A DNA stretch of 56,141 bases from an uncultured Phycisphaeraceae bacterium. GTDB taxonomy: Bacteria; Planctomycetota; Phycisphaerae; Phycisphaerales; UBA1924. How positions within the stretch are numbered: the stretch's first letter is position 1; the number at the start of each line of letters is the position of its first letter. The stretch spans positions 1 to 56,141 of the forward strand of contig CAYUVO010000004.1 of NCBI GenBank assembly GCA_964448185.1. The letters run 5' to 3'. Shown piece by piece: positions 47,111-55,228 of this stretch. Below the pieces are notes generated by a model. That model did not search any database. It was not told where the DNA came from and saw only the letters and a list, made by a program, of their open reading frames with translations. Position numbers and translations under genes: made by a program.

Positions 47111-47765
47111 CCACCGCCTTTGAGCCTTGCTGGGATTCCCCAAGGGCGTCGGCGAGTTGTTGTCGGGCACGAAAGACGTGCGTGCGAGCGGTCGCAGCGG
47201 GCAGATCCATCACCGTTGCGATCTGGTCGTAGGTCTTATCGAGCAGCACGCGGAGCAGGAAGCACTCCCGCTGGCGTTCGGAGAGTTGGTCGAGGGTGGT
47301 GTGGAGAGCGGGGTCGCTTTGACCATCTTGACCATTGCCTAAACCGTAGGAGTCCGCGTCATCGGGGGTTTGCCTAGTCGGCGAATGAGCGGGCTCGTGA
47401 GCGAGCTGCTGGTGGCGCGAGTCGCGGCGTTTTTCGCCCCGGCGATGGTTGCGGGCGACGCCCCGGACGATGGCTGCCAGCCACGCAGCGAAGTCTGTCC
47501 CGACCTCGAACTTTGCTCGGCGTTCCCAAGCGAGCAACGCGGCCTGCTGGACCACATCCTCTGCGTGCGCACGACCGGTCTGAGAAATGGCAACCACCAC
47601 CAGCGTCTGGAACGATGCCTCATAGAGCCGGGAGAACTCCTCCTGGGTCAGCGCGGCTGCTCGGGCTGTGGGTGATGATCTTGCCAAGTTCAATACCTGT
47701 GCCCACATACTCCAAGATGCGACGATTGGTGTCCCCATACGGGTATTGAGGTCCGCCCGGAGCAT
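47100..47765 (-). CDS. ECF-type RNA polymerase sigma factor
   Basis: AEDVVQQAALLAWER..FAAWLAAIVRGVARN. Region 4 LSERQRECFLLRVLLDKTYDQIATVMDLPAATARTHVFRARQQL. The start is uncertain. Confidence 0.8.
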   Translation of the reverse strand: MLRADLNTRMGTPIVASWSMWAQVLNLARSSPTARAAALTQEEFSRLYEASFQTLVVVAISQTGRAHAEDVVQQAALLAWERRAKFEVGTDFAAWLAAIVRGVARNHRRGEKRRDSRHQQLAHEPAHSPTRQTPDDADSYGLGNGQDGQSDPALHTTLDQLSERQRECFLLRVLLDKTYDQIATVMDLPAATARTHVFRARQQLADALGESQQGSKAVDDA

Positions 47766-47993
47766 GGTGTTGCAGCGAAGCGAGTTACCGGTTGCGGAAA
47801 TATCTTTCTTTATTTCTCGAATCTCTGAAACGTCCGGCTGAGTTGCGGACCTCGCATATTGATGGATCGCCCGATCCGTTGACCATAGCAGGGCATCGAG
47901 CGGTGTGGTTTGGCGAGTGTCTCTGACCCGCTGCTCATCCCAAATGGTCGAGCCTCACGCATTCGGTATGGACACCTGAGAAAGAGAGTTCCC

Positions 47994-49286
47994 ATGAAAG
48001 CTACGAAGATCGTTTGGCTGCTCGCCGGCACCCTTCTGGCAGCACCCGTGACAGCTGATGACTACACCGAATCCATTGACGGCGACTTGTCCGATGACCC
48101 CGCTGCCCCCACTGTGCTTGCGCTGAGCATCGGGTCAAACACGGTCACCGGTACTGTCCAAGAATCGGACAACATCGCGGGCGGGGACCGCGATTTCATC
48201 ACCTTCACTGTTCCTCACGGGCAAACCCTGACAGCCATCAATCTCGCCATATGGGATACGAACGACAACGGCTTCATCGCGATCAACGATGGTGCCACCG
48301 GGTTTATCCCCGGGGCGGGCACCATTGGGGACTTCCTTGCGGGGACTCACGTTGGCACGGGCGATCTCGGTGACGACCTGCTCGAAGCACTCCAGACCCG
48401 ATCACTTACAACCAACGCACTCTCAGTGCCTTCGCTCGGACCGGGCACCTACACCTTTGTTATCCAGCAAGTCTCGGCGGTGCTCCAGGGCTATTCGATG
48501 GACCTGGTCCTCACCGAATCCAACCGTCAGGTGCAGGTTCTCTCGGTTGACTTTGATACGAGCGTCATCGAGTTGTTCAACTTTGCAGAGGTGGATGTTG
48601 ATCTGACGGGGTGGCGTTTCTGCACGCACGACTTCAACGAAGTCCGCAGGTACACCTCGGCTGCGGGGCTCACCGGCGTGACGATCGAAGCGGGCACGTC
48701 CATCTTCATTCACCACGCTAACGACGCTCCGGCGGACCCCGACCGCATCAACCGTTCGACGCTCGCGGGCAACTTTGCTACGCCGCTCGATCAGGACGCC
48801 TTTGGGATGCAGTTTTTCTTCCCGAGCATGAAGGGGGGCGTTTCGTTCGGCAACAGCGCTCTGATCGCCGACCACATCCAGTGGAACATCAATGGTGCGA
48901 GTGTCGGTTCGGCACAGTTCCGTACCAAGCAGGCGGTCGGCCAAGGGCTGTGGTCGGCCACCGGCGACTTCATTGTGACCGCTGCCGAGACGCTCAGGAT
49001 TGATCTCACCGATCTTTCGGGAGATATCGCGGGCTCACCCGCTGAATACGACGTGACCAACCCGTGCCCGGGCGACATCGCGGACGACTTCGGCACCCTC
49101 GGCGGCGATGGCATGGTGAGCTTTGGCGACTTCCTTGCGCTGCTCGGGCTTGTCGGCCCCTGCCCGGGCGGTACGCCCGGCTGCACCGGCGACATCGCGG
49201 ACGACTTCGGCACGCTCGGTCCCGACGGCGTGGTGAGCTTCGGCGACTTCCTCGCCCTGCTCGGGCTCGTGGGCCCTTGCCCGTAA
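47994..49286 (+). CDS. Secreted protein: N-terminal beta-sandwich, lamin-tail-like (LTD) domain, two C-terminal dockerin-like repeats
   Basis: Signal peptide MKATKIVWLLAGTLLAAPVTA. LTD-like VIELFNFAEVDVDLTGWRF. GDIADDFGTLG.DG.VSFGDFLALLGLVGPCP occurs twice. Confidence 0.65.
   Translation: MKATKIVWLLAGTLLAAPVTADDYTESIDGDLSDDPAAPTVLALSIGSNTVTGTVQESDNIAGGDRDFITFTVPHGQTLTAINLAIWDTNDNGFIAINDGATGFIPGAGTIGDFLAGTHVGTGDLGDDLLEALQTRSLTTNALSVPSLGPGTYTFVIQQVSAVLQGYSMDLVLTESNRQVQVLSVDFDTSVIELFNFAEVDVDLTGWRFCTHDFNEVRRYTSAAGLTGVTIEAGTSIFIHHANDAPADPDRINRSTLAGNFATPLDQDAFGMQFFFPSMKGGVSFGNSALIADHIQWNINGASVGSAQFRTKQAVGQGLWSATGDFIVTAAETLRIDLTDLSGDIAGSPAEYDVTNPCPGDIADDFGTLGGDGMVSFGDFLALLGLVGPCPGGTPGCTGDIADDFGTLGPDGVVSFGDFLALLGLVGPCP
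49071..49283 (+). repeat. Two 96-nt near-identical units (49071-49166, 49188-49283)
   Basis: Aligned by eye at roughly 85% identity. The units are separated by 21 nt. Confidence 0.85.
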
Positions 49287-49328
49287 CGTGACTCTCAGTT
49301 CCTCACGCCTCTCCAGCGTTTGAGACTC

Positions 49329-49364
49329 GGAGCTGTCGAGCGTTGGCTCGGCAGCTCCCTTTTT
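49329..49364 (+). terminator. Rho-independent terminator
   Basis: GGAGCTGTCGAGC-gttg-GCTCGGCAGCTCC (13-bp stem, one G-T pair) followed by CTTTTT. Confidence 0.8.
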
Positions 49365-49432
49365 CGTGCGCACGCCACGGTCCGCAACGCATCAATCTGA
49401 TCTGTGAGCCCTCGTCTTGCTAATCTCGCAGC

Positions 49433-49846
49433 ATGGCTCTGCTCGATCACGCTGTGGCTGCTGCGTTCATTGCTCTCGGGGCGGCTGGGGGGGCGATCGG
49501 TCGCTACGCCGTCACAGGTCCGATCATGGGCAAGCTCGTCAAGGACGCCGCTCATCCGCGGTTCCCGTGGGGAGTGCTCGCGGTGAATCTCTCGGGCTGT
49601 TTCCTGATCGGGATCGTCGCAGCGGTGCTGATCGATCGGCCCGCAGAAGACAAGCTCCGGCTGCTGGTCATCACCGGGTTCCTCGGCTCGTTCACCACAT
49701 TTAGCGCCTTTGGGCTCGATACCTATGAGTTGCTCAAGGCCGATGCCCCGCGATTGGCTCTGGCGAACATCGCCGCGTCGGTCGTGCTCGGGACTGCTCT
49801 GGCTGCGGGCGGCTGGATGCTGGCCCAGCGGCTCATCGCCGCATAA
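49433..49846 (+). CDS. crcB: Fluoride ion channel CrcB/FluC
   Basis: GAIGRY, PWGVLAVNLSGCFLIG, TGFLGSFTTFSAF. Confidence 0.85.
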   Translation: MALLDHAVAAAFIALGAAGGAIGRYAVTGPIMGKLVKDAAHPRFPWGVLAVNLSGCFLIGIVAAVLIDRPAEDKLRLLVITGFLGSFTTFSAFGLDTYELLKADAPRLALANIAASVVLGTALAAGGWMLAQRLIAA

Positions 49847-49876
49847 CCCGGCGTGTTGGCTCCATACACTGCGGGC

Positions 49877-51700
49877 ATGGCCAACGAATCCGCGAACCCG
49901 AGCTCGACCTACATCACCACGCCGATCTACTACGTCAACGACCGCCCGCACATCGGGCACTGCTACACCACGCTTGTCGCCGACGTCGCAGCGCGGGCAG
50001 CTCGGCTTATCGGCGGGCCCAACGCGGACGTCTTCTTCCTGACCGGCACCGACGAGCACGCTGAGAAGGTGGTCGCCTCGGCTATCGAGAACAACATGTC
50101 GCCCATCGACTGGGCCGACCTCAACGCGCAGCGTTTCAAAGACGCCTTCGAGTTCATGGGCTTTACCAACGATGACTTCATCCGCACCACCGAAGATCGG
50201 CACACGACCAAAGCGGCCGCGCTGATCGCGGACCTGATGCAGCGCGGCGCGATCGAGCTGGGCGACTACGAGGGTTGGTACGACCCGTCGCAGGAGGAAT
50301 ATCTCACCGAGCGGGTCGCTAAGGAACACGACTACAAGAGCCCGGTGACCGGCAAGGCGCTCGAGAAACGGGTCGAACAGAACTACTTCTTTGATCTGCC
50401 CGCGCACGAGAGCTGGCTCAAGGAACAGATTGAATCGGACGCGATCCGCATCTTGCCCGAGGCCCGCAAGAACGAGGTGCTCGGCCGCATCAAGCAGGGG
50501 CTCAACAAAGTCCCGGTGTCGAGGCGGATCAAAGAGGGCGACGCGGACTGGGGCATCCCCATGCCAGCCGACCCGGCCAACCCCGAGCAACGCCACCGGG
50601 TCTATGTCTGGATCGAGGCGCTGTGCAACTACCTCACCGCGATTGATACCGATGAACGCCGGCACTACTGGCCTACTTCGCAACAAGGGCCCGGCGTCGC
50701 GCCGCTTCAGCCCGCAGGGGCTCAGCACAACCCTCTTGAGCCCGCAGGGGCTCAACACAACAGAGTCATTCAGTTCATGGCCAAGGACATCGTGTGGTTC
50801 CATGCCGTGATCTGGCCCGCGATGCTCCACGCACTCGGGCGTCAGCCCCCCACCACGATCTATGCGCACGCGTACTGGATCGCGGAGGGCAAGAAAATGT
50901 CCAAGAGCCTGGGCAACTTCATCGAGATCGATCAGCTCCGGGCGTATGCGGACAAGTATTCGCTCGATGCGGTGCGGTGGTATTTGATGACGCAGGGGCC
51001 GTTGGGTGCGACGGACGCGGACTTCGCGCACAGCAGGTTCATCGACGTGTACAACGCGGATCTTGCCAACGGCATCGGTAACTCGACGAGCCGCGTGAGC
51101 AACATGATTGACAAGTATTTCGGGGGAGAGTTACCTACCAGTCACTCACCGCATTACCTGAACGCCGATCTTCGCATCATTGACGACGACTATGCAATGG
51201 TCGGCGATGCGCAACAGCAGTCAGCAAAGAAAGACATTGAGGGCGATGTACCCATCTATGCGGTTTACTGGTCGGGTGAAGAAATGAACCTGTCATTGCC
51301 TCTTCACCTCGGCATCAAGCTCATAGAGTACGTCGATCAATATATCAGCAGTACGCGGCCATTCTCAATCGCAAAGAACCTAGACGGCGAACCGGTGTTT
51401 GAGAATCTTACGAATAGAGAGTCGCTCTCCACGATCCTCTATCAGTGTGCCGAAGCCCTCCGCATCGCCTCACTTTTCCTCTATCCCGCGATGCCCGAGA
51501 AAATGGCTGACCTCTGGCGGCGGTGGAACTGCGACCATCTCAACGACCCCGCCGACGCCAACAGCGGGTTCAAGGCACCGCTCGAAGAACTCGCACGCTT
51601 CGGCGATGGCGACTACTCACTCAAGCCGGGCCAACAGATCACCAAGGGCGATGCGCTCTTCATGCGTGCGGACCCCAAAGAAGACCCGCCGACAGCTTGA
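49877..51700 (+). CDS. metG: Methionine--tRNA ligase
   Basis: TTPIYYVNDRPHIGH (HIGH motif), KMSKSLGN, FMAKDIVWFHAVIWPAML. The gene carries two unusual inserts (see findings). Confidence 0.9.
   Translation: MANESANPSSTYITTPIYYVNDRPHIGHCYTTLVADVAARAARLIGGPNADVFFLTGTDEHAEKVVASAIENNMSPIDWADLNAQRFKDAFEFMGFTNDDFIRTTEDRHTTKAAALIADLMQRGAIELGDYEGWYDPSQEEYLTERVAKEHDYKSPVTGKALEKRVEQNYFFDLPAHESWLKEQIESDAIRILPEARKNEVLGRIKQGLNKVPVSRRIKEGDADWGIPMPADPANPEQRHRVYVWIEALCNYLTAIDTDERRHYWPTSQQGPGVAPLQPAGAQHNPLEPAGAQHNRVIQFMAKDIVWFHAVIWPAMLHALGRQPPTTIYAHAYWIAEGKKMSKSLGNFIEIDQLRAYADKYSLDAVRWYLMTQGPLGATDADFAHSRFIDVYNADLANGIGNSTSRVSNMIDKYFGGELPTSHSPHYLNADLRIIDDDYAMVGDAQQQSAKKDIEGDVPIYAVYWSGEEMNLSLPLHLGIKLIEYVDQYISSTRPFSIAKNLDGEPVFENLTNRESLSTILYQCAEALRIASLFLYPAMPEKMADLWRRWNCDHLNDPADANSGFKAPLEELARFGDGDYSLKPGQQITKGDALFMRADPKEDPPTA
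50707..50766 (+). repeat. Tandem 30-nt repeat x2 inside metG, each unit containing the hairpin (G)AGCCC-GCAG-GGGCT(C)
   Basis: Units 50707-50736 and 50737-50766 are 24/30 identical. They encode LQPAGAQHNP / LEPAGAQHNR. Confidence 0.9.
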
Positions 51701-51762
51701 GCCATTTGATCGAGCCACAGACGGAAGCCTGTGGAGAAGAATGGTGTCCCTCGATACAGAAA

Positions 51763-51786
51763 CACAGACCCTCGGACAGGTCTGTG
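51763..51786 (-). terminator. Hairpin, possible terminator of the minus-strand HTH-membrane gene
   Basis: CACAGACC-N8-GGTCTGTG. The minus-strand reading is followed by TTTCTGT. Confidence 0.4.
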
Positions 51787-51820
51787 GCACGGGGATCTGC
51801 TTGCGAACAATGAAGACGCT

Positions 51821-52687
51821 CTAGTCCTTGCGACCAAGGAACCAGCCCACCGCTGCTAGGAGCAGCGTGACGACCGCAAGCCCGCCCGCGACCGCGAAGT
51901 GGTTGCCGCCGAGTTGGGTCACGAGCCCGCCGGTAACGCCCGTCATGACCAGCAGCGCGACGCCGAGCGCGAGGATGGTGGTCACGCAGATGCCTAGAGC
52001 GAGTCCGCCGACGAGGCCCGAGCCCGAGCCGTCGTACGCGGTGGCCGCAGCTGCCGCGATCGGAGCCGCAGCACTCATCGCGCCCGCGGTTTCCATTTCG
52101 GAGCCGGTGGTTTCAAACAGTTCGCCGCCGCCGCCGAAGCCGCCTGAATCAGCGACGCCGGTTTGTCCGCCCACGGTGTCTTGGCCGTAGACGTCGTCGA
52201 GCAGATCGGCGCCGAGTGAGGTGTCGTCGGCTTCGCGGGTCAGGTCGAGCAGGCCCGAGCCGGAGCTGCCCGAGTCGGCAGCGAAGTCGTGCTCGAAAGC
52301 GGGCGCATCGGTGACCTGGGTTTGTTCTGCCGCGTCAGCGATCTCGGTTTCTTCGGGGTCGAAGATTGAGATGCCGGTGGATTCTTTTTCGTCTTGTTGG
52401 CCCGAATCGGGTTCGAGGGAGAACCCGGTGCCCGAGCCGGAGGATTCGAGCGAGAGCGGTTCGAGGGCGTCGGTGAGCCCGATGCCCGATTCATCCGCGA
52501 GTCCGAGCCCAGAGCCGCTGTTTCCGCCATCATCGGCGAGCACATCGACCTGGTCCTTTCGGACCACGATCTGATCGCCGTCCTTGAACTCGGTCAGGGC
52601 GCCCGACTCGACCATTTTCTGCACCTCGGCGGTAGATTTGCCGAGCACCTTGGCCGCTTCGTCGAGTGAGTAGAAGGTCTTTGCCAT
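51821..52687 (-). CDS. Membrane-tethered helix-turn-helix (excisionase/MerR-like HTH_17) protein
   Basis: MAKTFYSLDEAAKVLGKSTAEVQKMVESGAL, an acidic disordered middle, and 2-3 C-terminal TM helices. Confidence 0.6.
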   Translation of the reverse strand: MAKTFYSLDEAAKVLGKSTAEVQKMVESGALTEFKDGDQIVVRKDQVDVLADDGGNSGSGLGLADESGIGLTDALEPLSLESSGSGTGFSLEPDSGQQDEKESTGISIFDPEETEIADAAEQTQVTDAPAFEHDFAADSGSSGSGLLDLTREADDTSLGADLLDDVYGQDTVGGQTGVADSGGFGGGGELFETTGSEMETAGAMSAAAPIAAAAATAYDGSGSGLVGGLALGICVTTILALGVALLVMTGVTGGLVTQLGGNHFAVAGGLAVVTLLLAAVGWFLGRKD

Positions 52688-52734
52688 GAACGAGCTCCTG
52701 CAGGTAGGGCCAGAGGGTCAACCGAGGGGACTTA

Positions 52735-52754
52735 GGGGACGGGGGGGGACGGGG
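52735..52754 (-). repeat. C4-GT-C8-GT-C4 element (copy 2, sense strand is minus)
   Basis: The plus strand reads GGGGACGGGGGGGGACGGGG, followed by CAGGCGGGGG (four G-tracts). It lies 47 nt upstream of the start at 52687. Confidence 0.9.
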
Positions 52755-52927
52755 CAGGCGGGGGCGTGTGAACCGAATCCACAACCACACCCGCTCGCGG
52801 GCGGTGCCCGGTTGCCATGATAGCGGATCTACGCGGCCCGAGTCATCATCGAACTTGGCCCTCTCCCTCGTTTCTCTAAAAGTGAGATACCGAACAAAAA
52901 ACGATCGAATGAATCCAGCCGGACAAA

Positions 52928-53818
52928 CTACTCAATCTTCCGCATCACCGTCACCGCAGCGTACAGCCCCGCGACCCGCTCGCGCGGCAAGACCTGCGGC
53001 GGGTATGCCGGATTCAGCGGCTGGAGGCGGATCAACTCATCCCCGTCATGGGAGTGCTCAAAGAAGATCCGCTTGAAGGTGGATTCGTGGTCGGGTTCGA
53101 GCCGCGCAAAGCAATCCGCGCCGGACTTGATGACCTTGGCGGGGCTAAAGACCACGACGTCTCCTTGGTGATACGCGGGGAGCATGGAGTCCCCGATCAC
53201 GCGGGCTGCGAAGGCGTCAGGATCGGCGATGTCCGGGCATCGGACGTATTCATCAGCGACCCTTGCGGGGTACCCAAGATCGGTGAAGTCAGCGGGATAC
53301 CCGGCGGTCACGCTGTTGATGAGGGGCACTTCGCGGGGCAGCGCTACAAGCTCGGTGTCACCAAGGGGTTCACTTTCGGGCGCGAGCCTATCGATCAGGC
53401 GGCGCAGCTCGCCGGTGGCGTGCGCCTGATCGAGCGCGGTGCGGGATTGGTCAACGTGTGTGGTGGCGAGGTGCGCAGGACCCGAGAGCGCATCGATGAG
53501 CTCGGCGAGCCGCTGGGCGTCTTTGTGCCGCGCGCGCAGATGCGAAAGCTCCCGGCGTACCGACGGGTGCGTGTCCTTGAGCCGGATGAACGCGAGCAGT
53601 TCGCCCGGCATAAACCCGAGCGCCGATTCGAGACGAGTGAGCAGGTCATCGCTCGGGCGCAGATGCCGCCCGGTTTCGATGGCAGAGAGATATCCCTTTG
53701 AACATTCGACTTTCGAGGCGAGTCGTTCGACGGTGAACTGGGCGAGTCTTCGACGCGATCGGAGGAGTTCCCCGAGCGAGGGCGGAGCGGCCGCGTCGTG
53801 TGAGTGCTCGGCATTCAT
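52928..53818 (-). CDS. XRE-family HTH plus S24 (LexA/CI-like) autocleaving repressor
   Basis: HTH LGELLRSRRRLAQFTVERLASKVECSKGYLSAIETG. Cleavage-site-like VPLINSVTAGYP. Nucleophile VIGDSMLP. General base STFKRI. ATG 53818 was chosen; the longer ORF runs through the AT-rich promoter region. Confidence 0.8.
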   Translation of the reverse strand: MNAEHSHDAAAPPSLGELLRSRRRLAQFTVERLASKVECSKGYLSAIETGRHLRPSDDLLTRLESALGFMPGELLAFIRLKDTHPSVRRELSHLRARHKDAQRLAELIDALSGPAHLATTHVDQSRTALDQAHATGELRRLIDRLAPESEPLGDTELVALPREVPLINSVTAGYPADFTDLGYPARVADEYVRCPDIADPDAFAARVIGDSMLPAYHQGDVVVFSPAKVIKSGADCFARLEPDHESTFKRIFFEHSHDGDELIRLQPLNPAYPPQVLPRERVAGLYAAVTVMRKIE

Positions 53819-53942
53819 AAGAGGGGTGTGTCCTGTGCGAGAGGTACGAGTTGATGGCATCCACCTTCGGTGTGCGCTACTTTGATGTATATCCATACAA
53901 ACGCCTTGCACAAGGCCATTCAAGACGAGAACATGACTACGA

Positions 53943-53962
53943 TGTTTGATATGTATCAAACA
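53943..53962. promoter_or_regulatory. Operator candidate: perfect palindrome TGTTTGATA-TG-TATCAAACA
   Basis: It lies in the roughly 200-bp AT-rich divergent region. A second inverted repeat TGATTC-N5-GAATCA sits at 53966-53982. Confidence 0.5.
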
Positions 53963-54015
53963 CTCTGATTCGTGTTGAATCAAGTAAAAAACACAGATTT
54001 TTGTGGGAGAATGCC

Positions 54016-54534
54016 ATGCAACAGCGCCATTTCGACAACCGACCTCCAATCCGTCGCCTCGACCCACTCTCACAAACATTGAATAGTTCACAACCTGCGA
54101 CCGATTTGCGGCTCCGGAGGCGTCGAGAAGCCGCCGAAATCATCGTTCAACGGGCCGAGTTGCTCGCTGACGAGGACCGGGGTTTGCTCGAAGCCGTCTA
54201 TTCAAAGGGGCACACGGTTCAGGAAGTCGCTCGGCTGCTGGGCTTCTCGCACCCCTCGCAGGTGCGCAAGCTCCGCAAGCGTGTGCGCCGGTTGGTCACG
54301 CGCGTCAGCGAGCCCAGGTTCGTGTTCGTGATGACTTCGCGGGCGCACTGGCCCCGCAGCAGGCGTCGAGTAGGCGAGCAGTGCATGCTCCGTGGCGATT
54401 CGATGCGCGGAGCAGCTGAGCACCTGGGCTTGACGCTCCACTCGGTCAGGCAGCAGTGCCTTCGCATCGACGCGATGTTCGAGGCTGCGGTTGATCGCGC
54501 ACTTGCCGAGCGCCGTTCTGGGCCCGCAGCATGA
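54016..54534 (+). CDS. Protein with two sigma70-region-4-like HTH units
   Basis: EDRGLLEAVYSKGHTVQEVARLLGFSHPSQVRKLRKRVRRL and a second unit CMLRGDSMRGAAEHLGLTLHSVRQQCLRI. GGGAGA lies 5 nt upstream of the ATG. Confidence 0.55.
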   Translation: MQQRHFDNRPPIRRLDPLSQTLNSSQPATDLRLRRRREAAEIIVQRAELLADEDRGLLEAVYSKGHTVQEVARLLGFSHPSQVRKLRKRVRRLVTRVSEPRFVFVMTSRAHWPRSRRRVGEQCMLRGDSMRGAAEHLGLTLHSVRQQCLRIDAMFEAAVDRALAERRSGPAA

Positions 54535-55184
54535 GCCGAACTCTTGAACGACAACGCCGCGTGATGGTGGGCACCTCGCCGAGTAAACGGGTGCTCCATG
54601 TCTGCGCCGCGTACGGGCTTGTTCCGATCATGGAGGCGCCCGCCAAGCCGCGATCGCTTGTGGAGGGGCTCGCGGGCGAGGTGCTTGCAACGCTCAAGGT
54701 GGGCGAGATCGGATTGCTCTCCGGCCCCAGCGGGAGCGGCAAGTCGCTCGCGCTCCAAGGAGTACGCACCTCGCTCGGCGATCGCGCGATCGACACGCAC
54801 CGAGTGCTTGAAGTGTTGCTCGCCGAGACCCGCGCGGTGGTCGATGCGCTCGATACTTCGCTCGAGAGCACGCTCTCGGCGCTGAGCCTTGCGGGGCTCG
54901 CAGAACCCATGCTCTGGATCAGGCCGCCCGCGACACTCAGCGATGGCGAACGCGCGCGGCTTTCGATCGCGGCAAGCCTGATGCTCTCATCCCAGCGTCC
55001 GGGATCGTGGGTGCTTATCGACGAATGCTGTGCGCTGCTCGATGCGGTGACAGCTTCGAGCGTGGCGCACACGCTGCGTCGTTGGGTGTCTCGCGGCGGG
55101 CATACGCGGGTGCTGTGCGCCTCGTCGCGCGAAGAGCTCGCCGGCTGGCTCAAGCCTGACAGAGTGTGGAATCTCTCTTTGTAA
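54531..55184 (+). CDS. Compact ABC-type ATPase (no transmembrane partner)
   Basis: Walker A LLSGPSGSGKS, signature-like LSDGERARLSIAASL, Walker B WVLIDECCALLD. ATGA overlap with the upstream gene. Confidence 0.65.
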   Translation: MSRTLERQRRVMVGTSPSKRVLHVCAAYGLVPIMEAPAKPRSLVEGLAGEVLATLKVGEIGLLSGPSGSGKSLALQGVRTSLGDRAIDTHRVLEVLLAETRAVVDALDTSLESTLSALSLAGLAEPMLWIRPPATLSDGERARLSIAASLMLSSQRPGSWVLIDECCALLDAVTASSVAHTLRRWVSRGGHTRVLCASSREELAGWLKPDRVWNLSL

Positions 55185-55214
55185 TGACTGGATTTGTAAT
55201 GGCTGTCTTTGTAA
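55178..55214 (+). repeat. TTTGTAA x3 at exact 15-bp spacing (55178, 55193, 55208)
   Basis: Read directly. The first copy contains the ATPase stop codon TAA. Confidence 0.85.
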
Positions 55215-55228
55215 AGGCGGGCTATGGA

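Noticed and set aside
49365-49432. Fluoride riboswitch expected upstream of crcB
   Set aside because: I could not find the conserved GGxGAUG...CUGAUGA...CCUAC core in the 68-nt leader. An Rfam RF01734 covariance-model scan would settle it.
49295-51031. 578-aa minus-strand ORF
   Set aside because: It is antisense to crcB and metG, which both have unambiguous motifs. It is a shadow ORF.
53819-54091. N-terminal extension of the repressor ORF to 387 aa
   Set aside because: The extension runs through the AT-rich divergent promoter and palindrome region and encodes no domain. The HTH begins just after the ATG at 53818.
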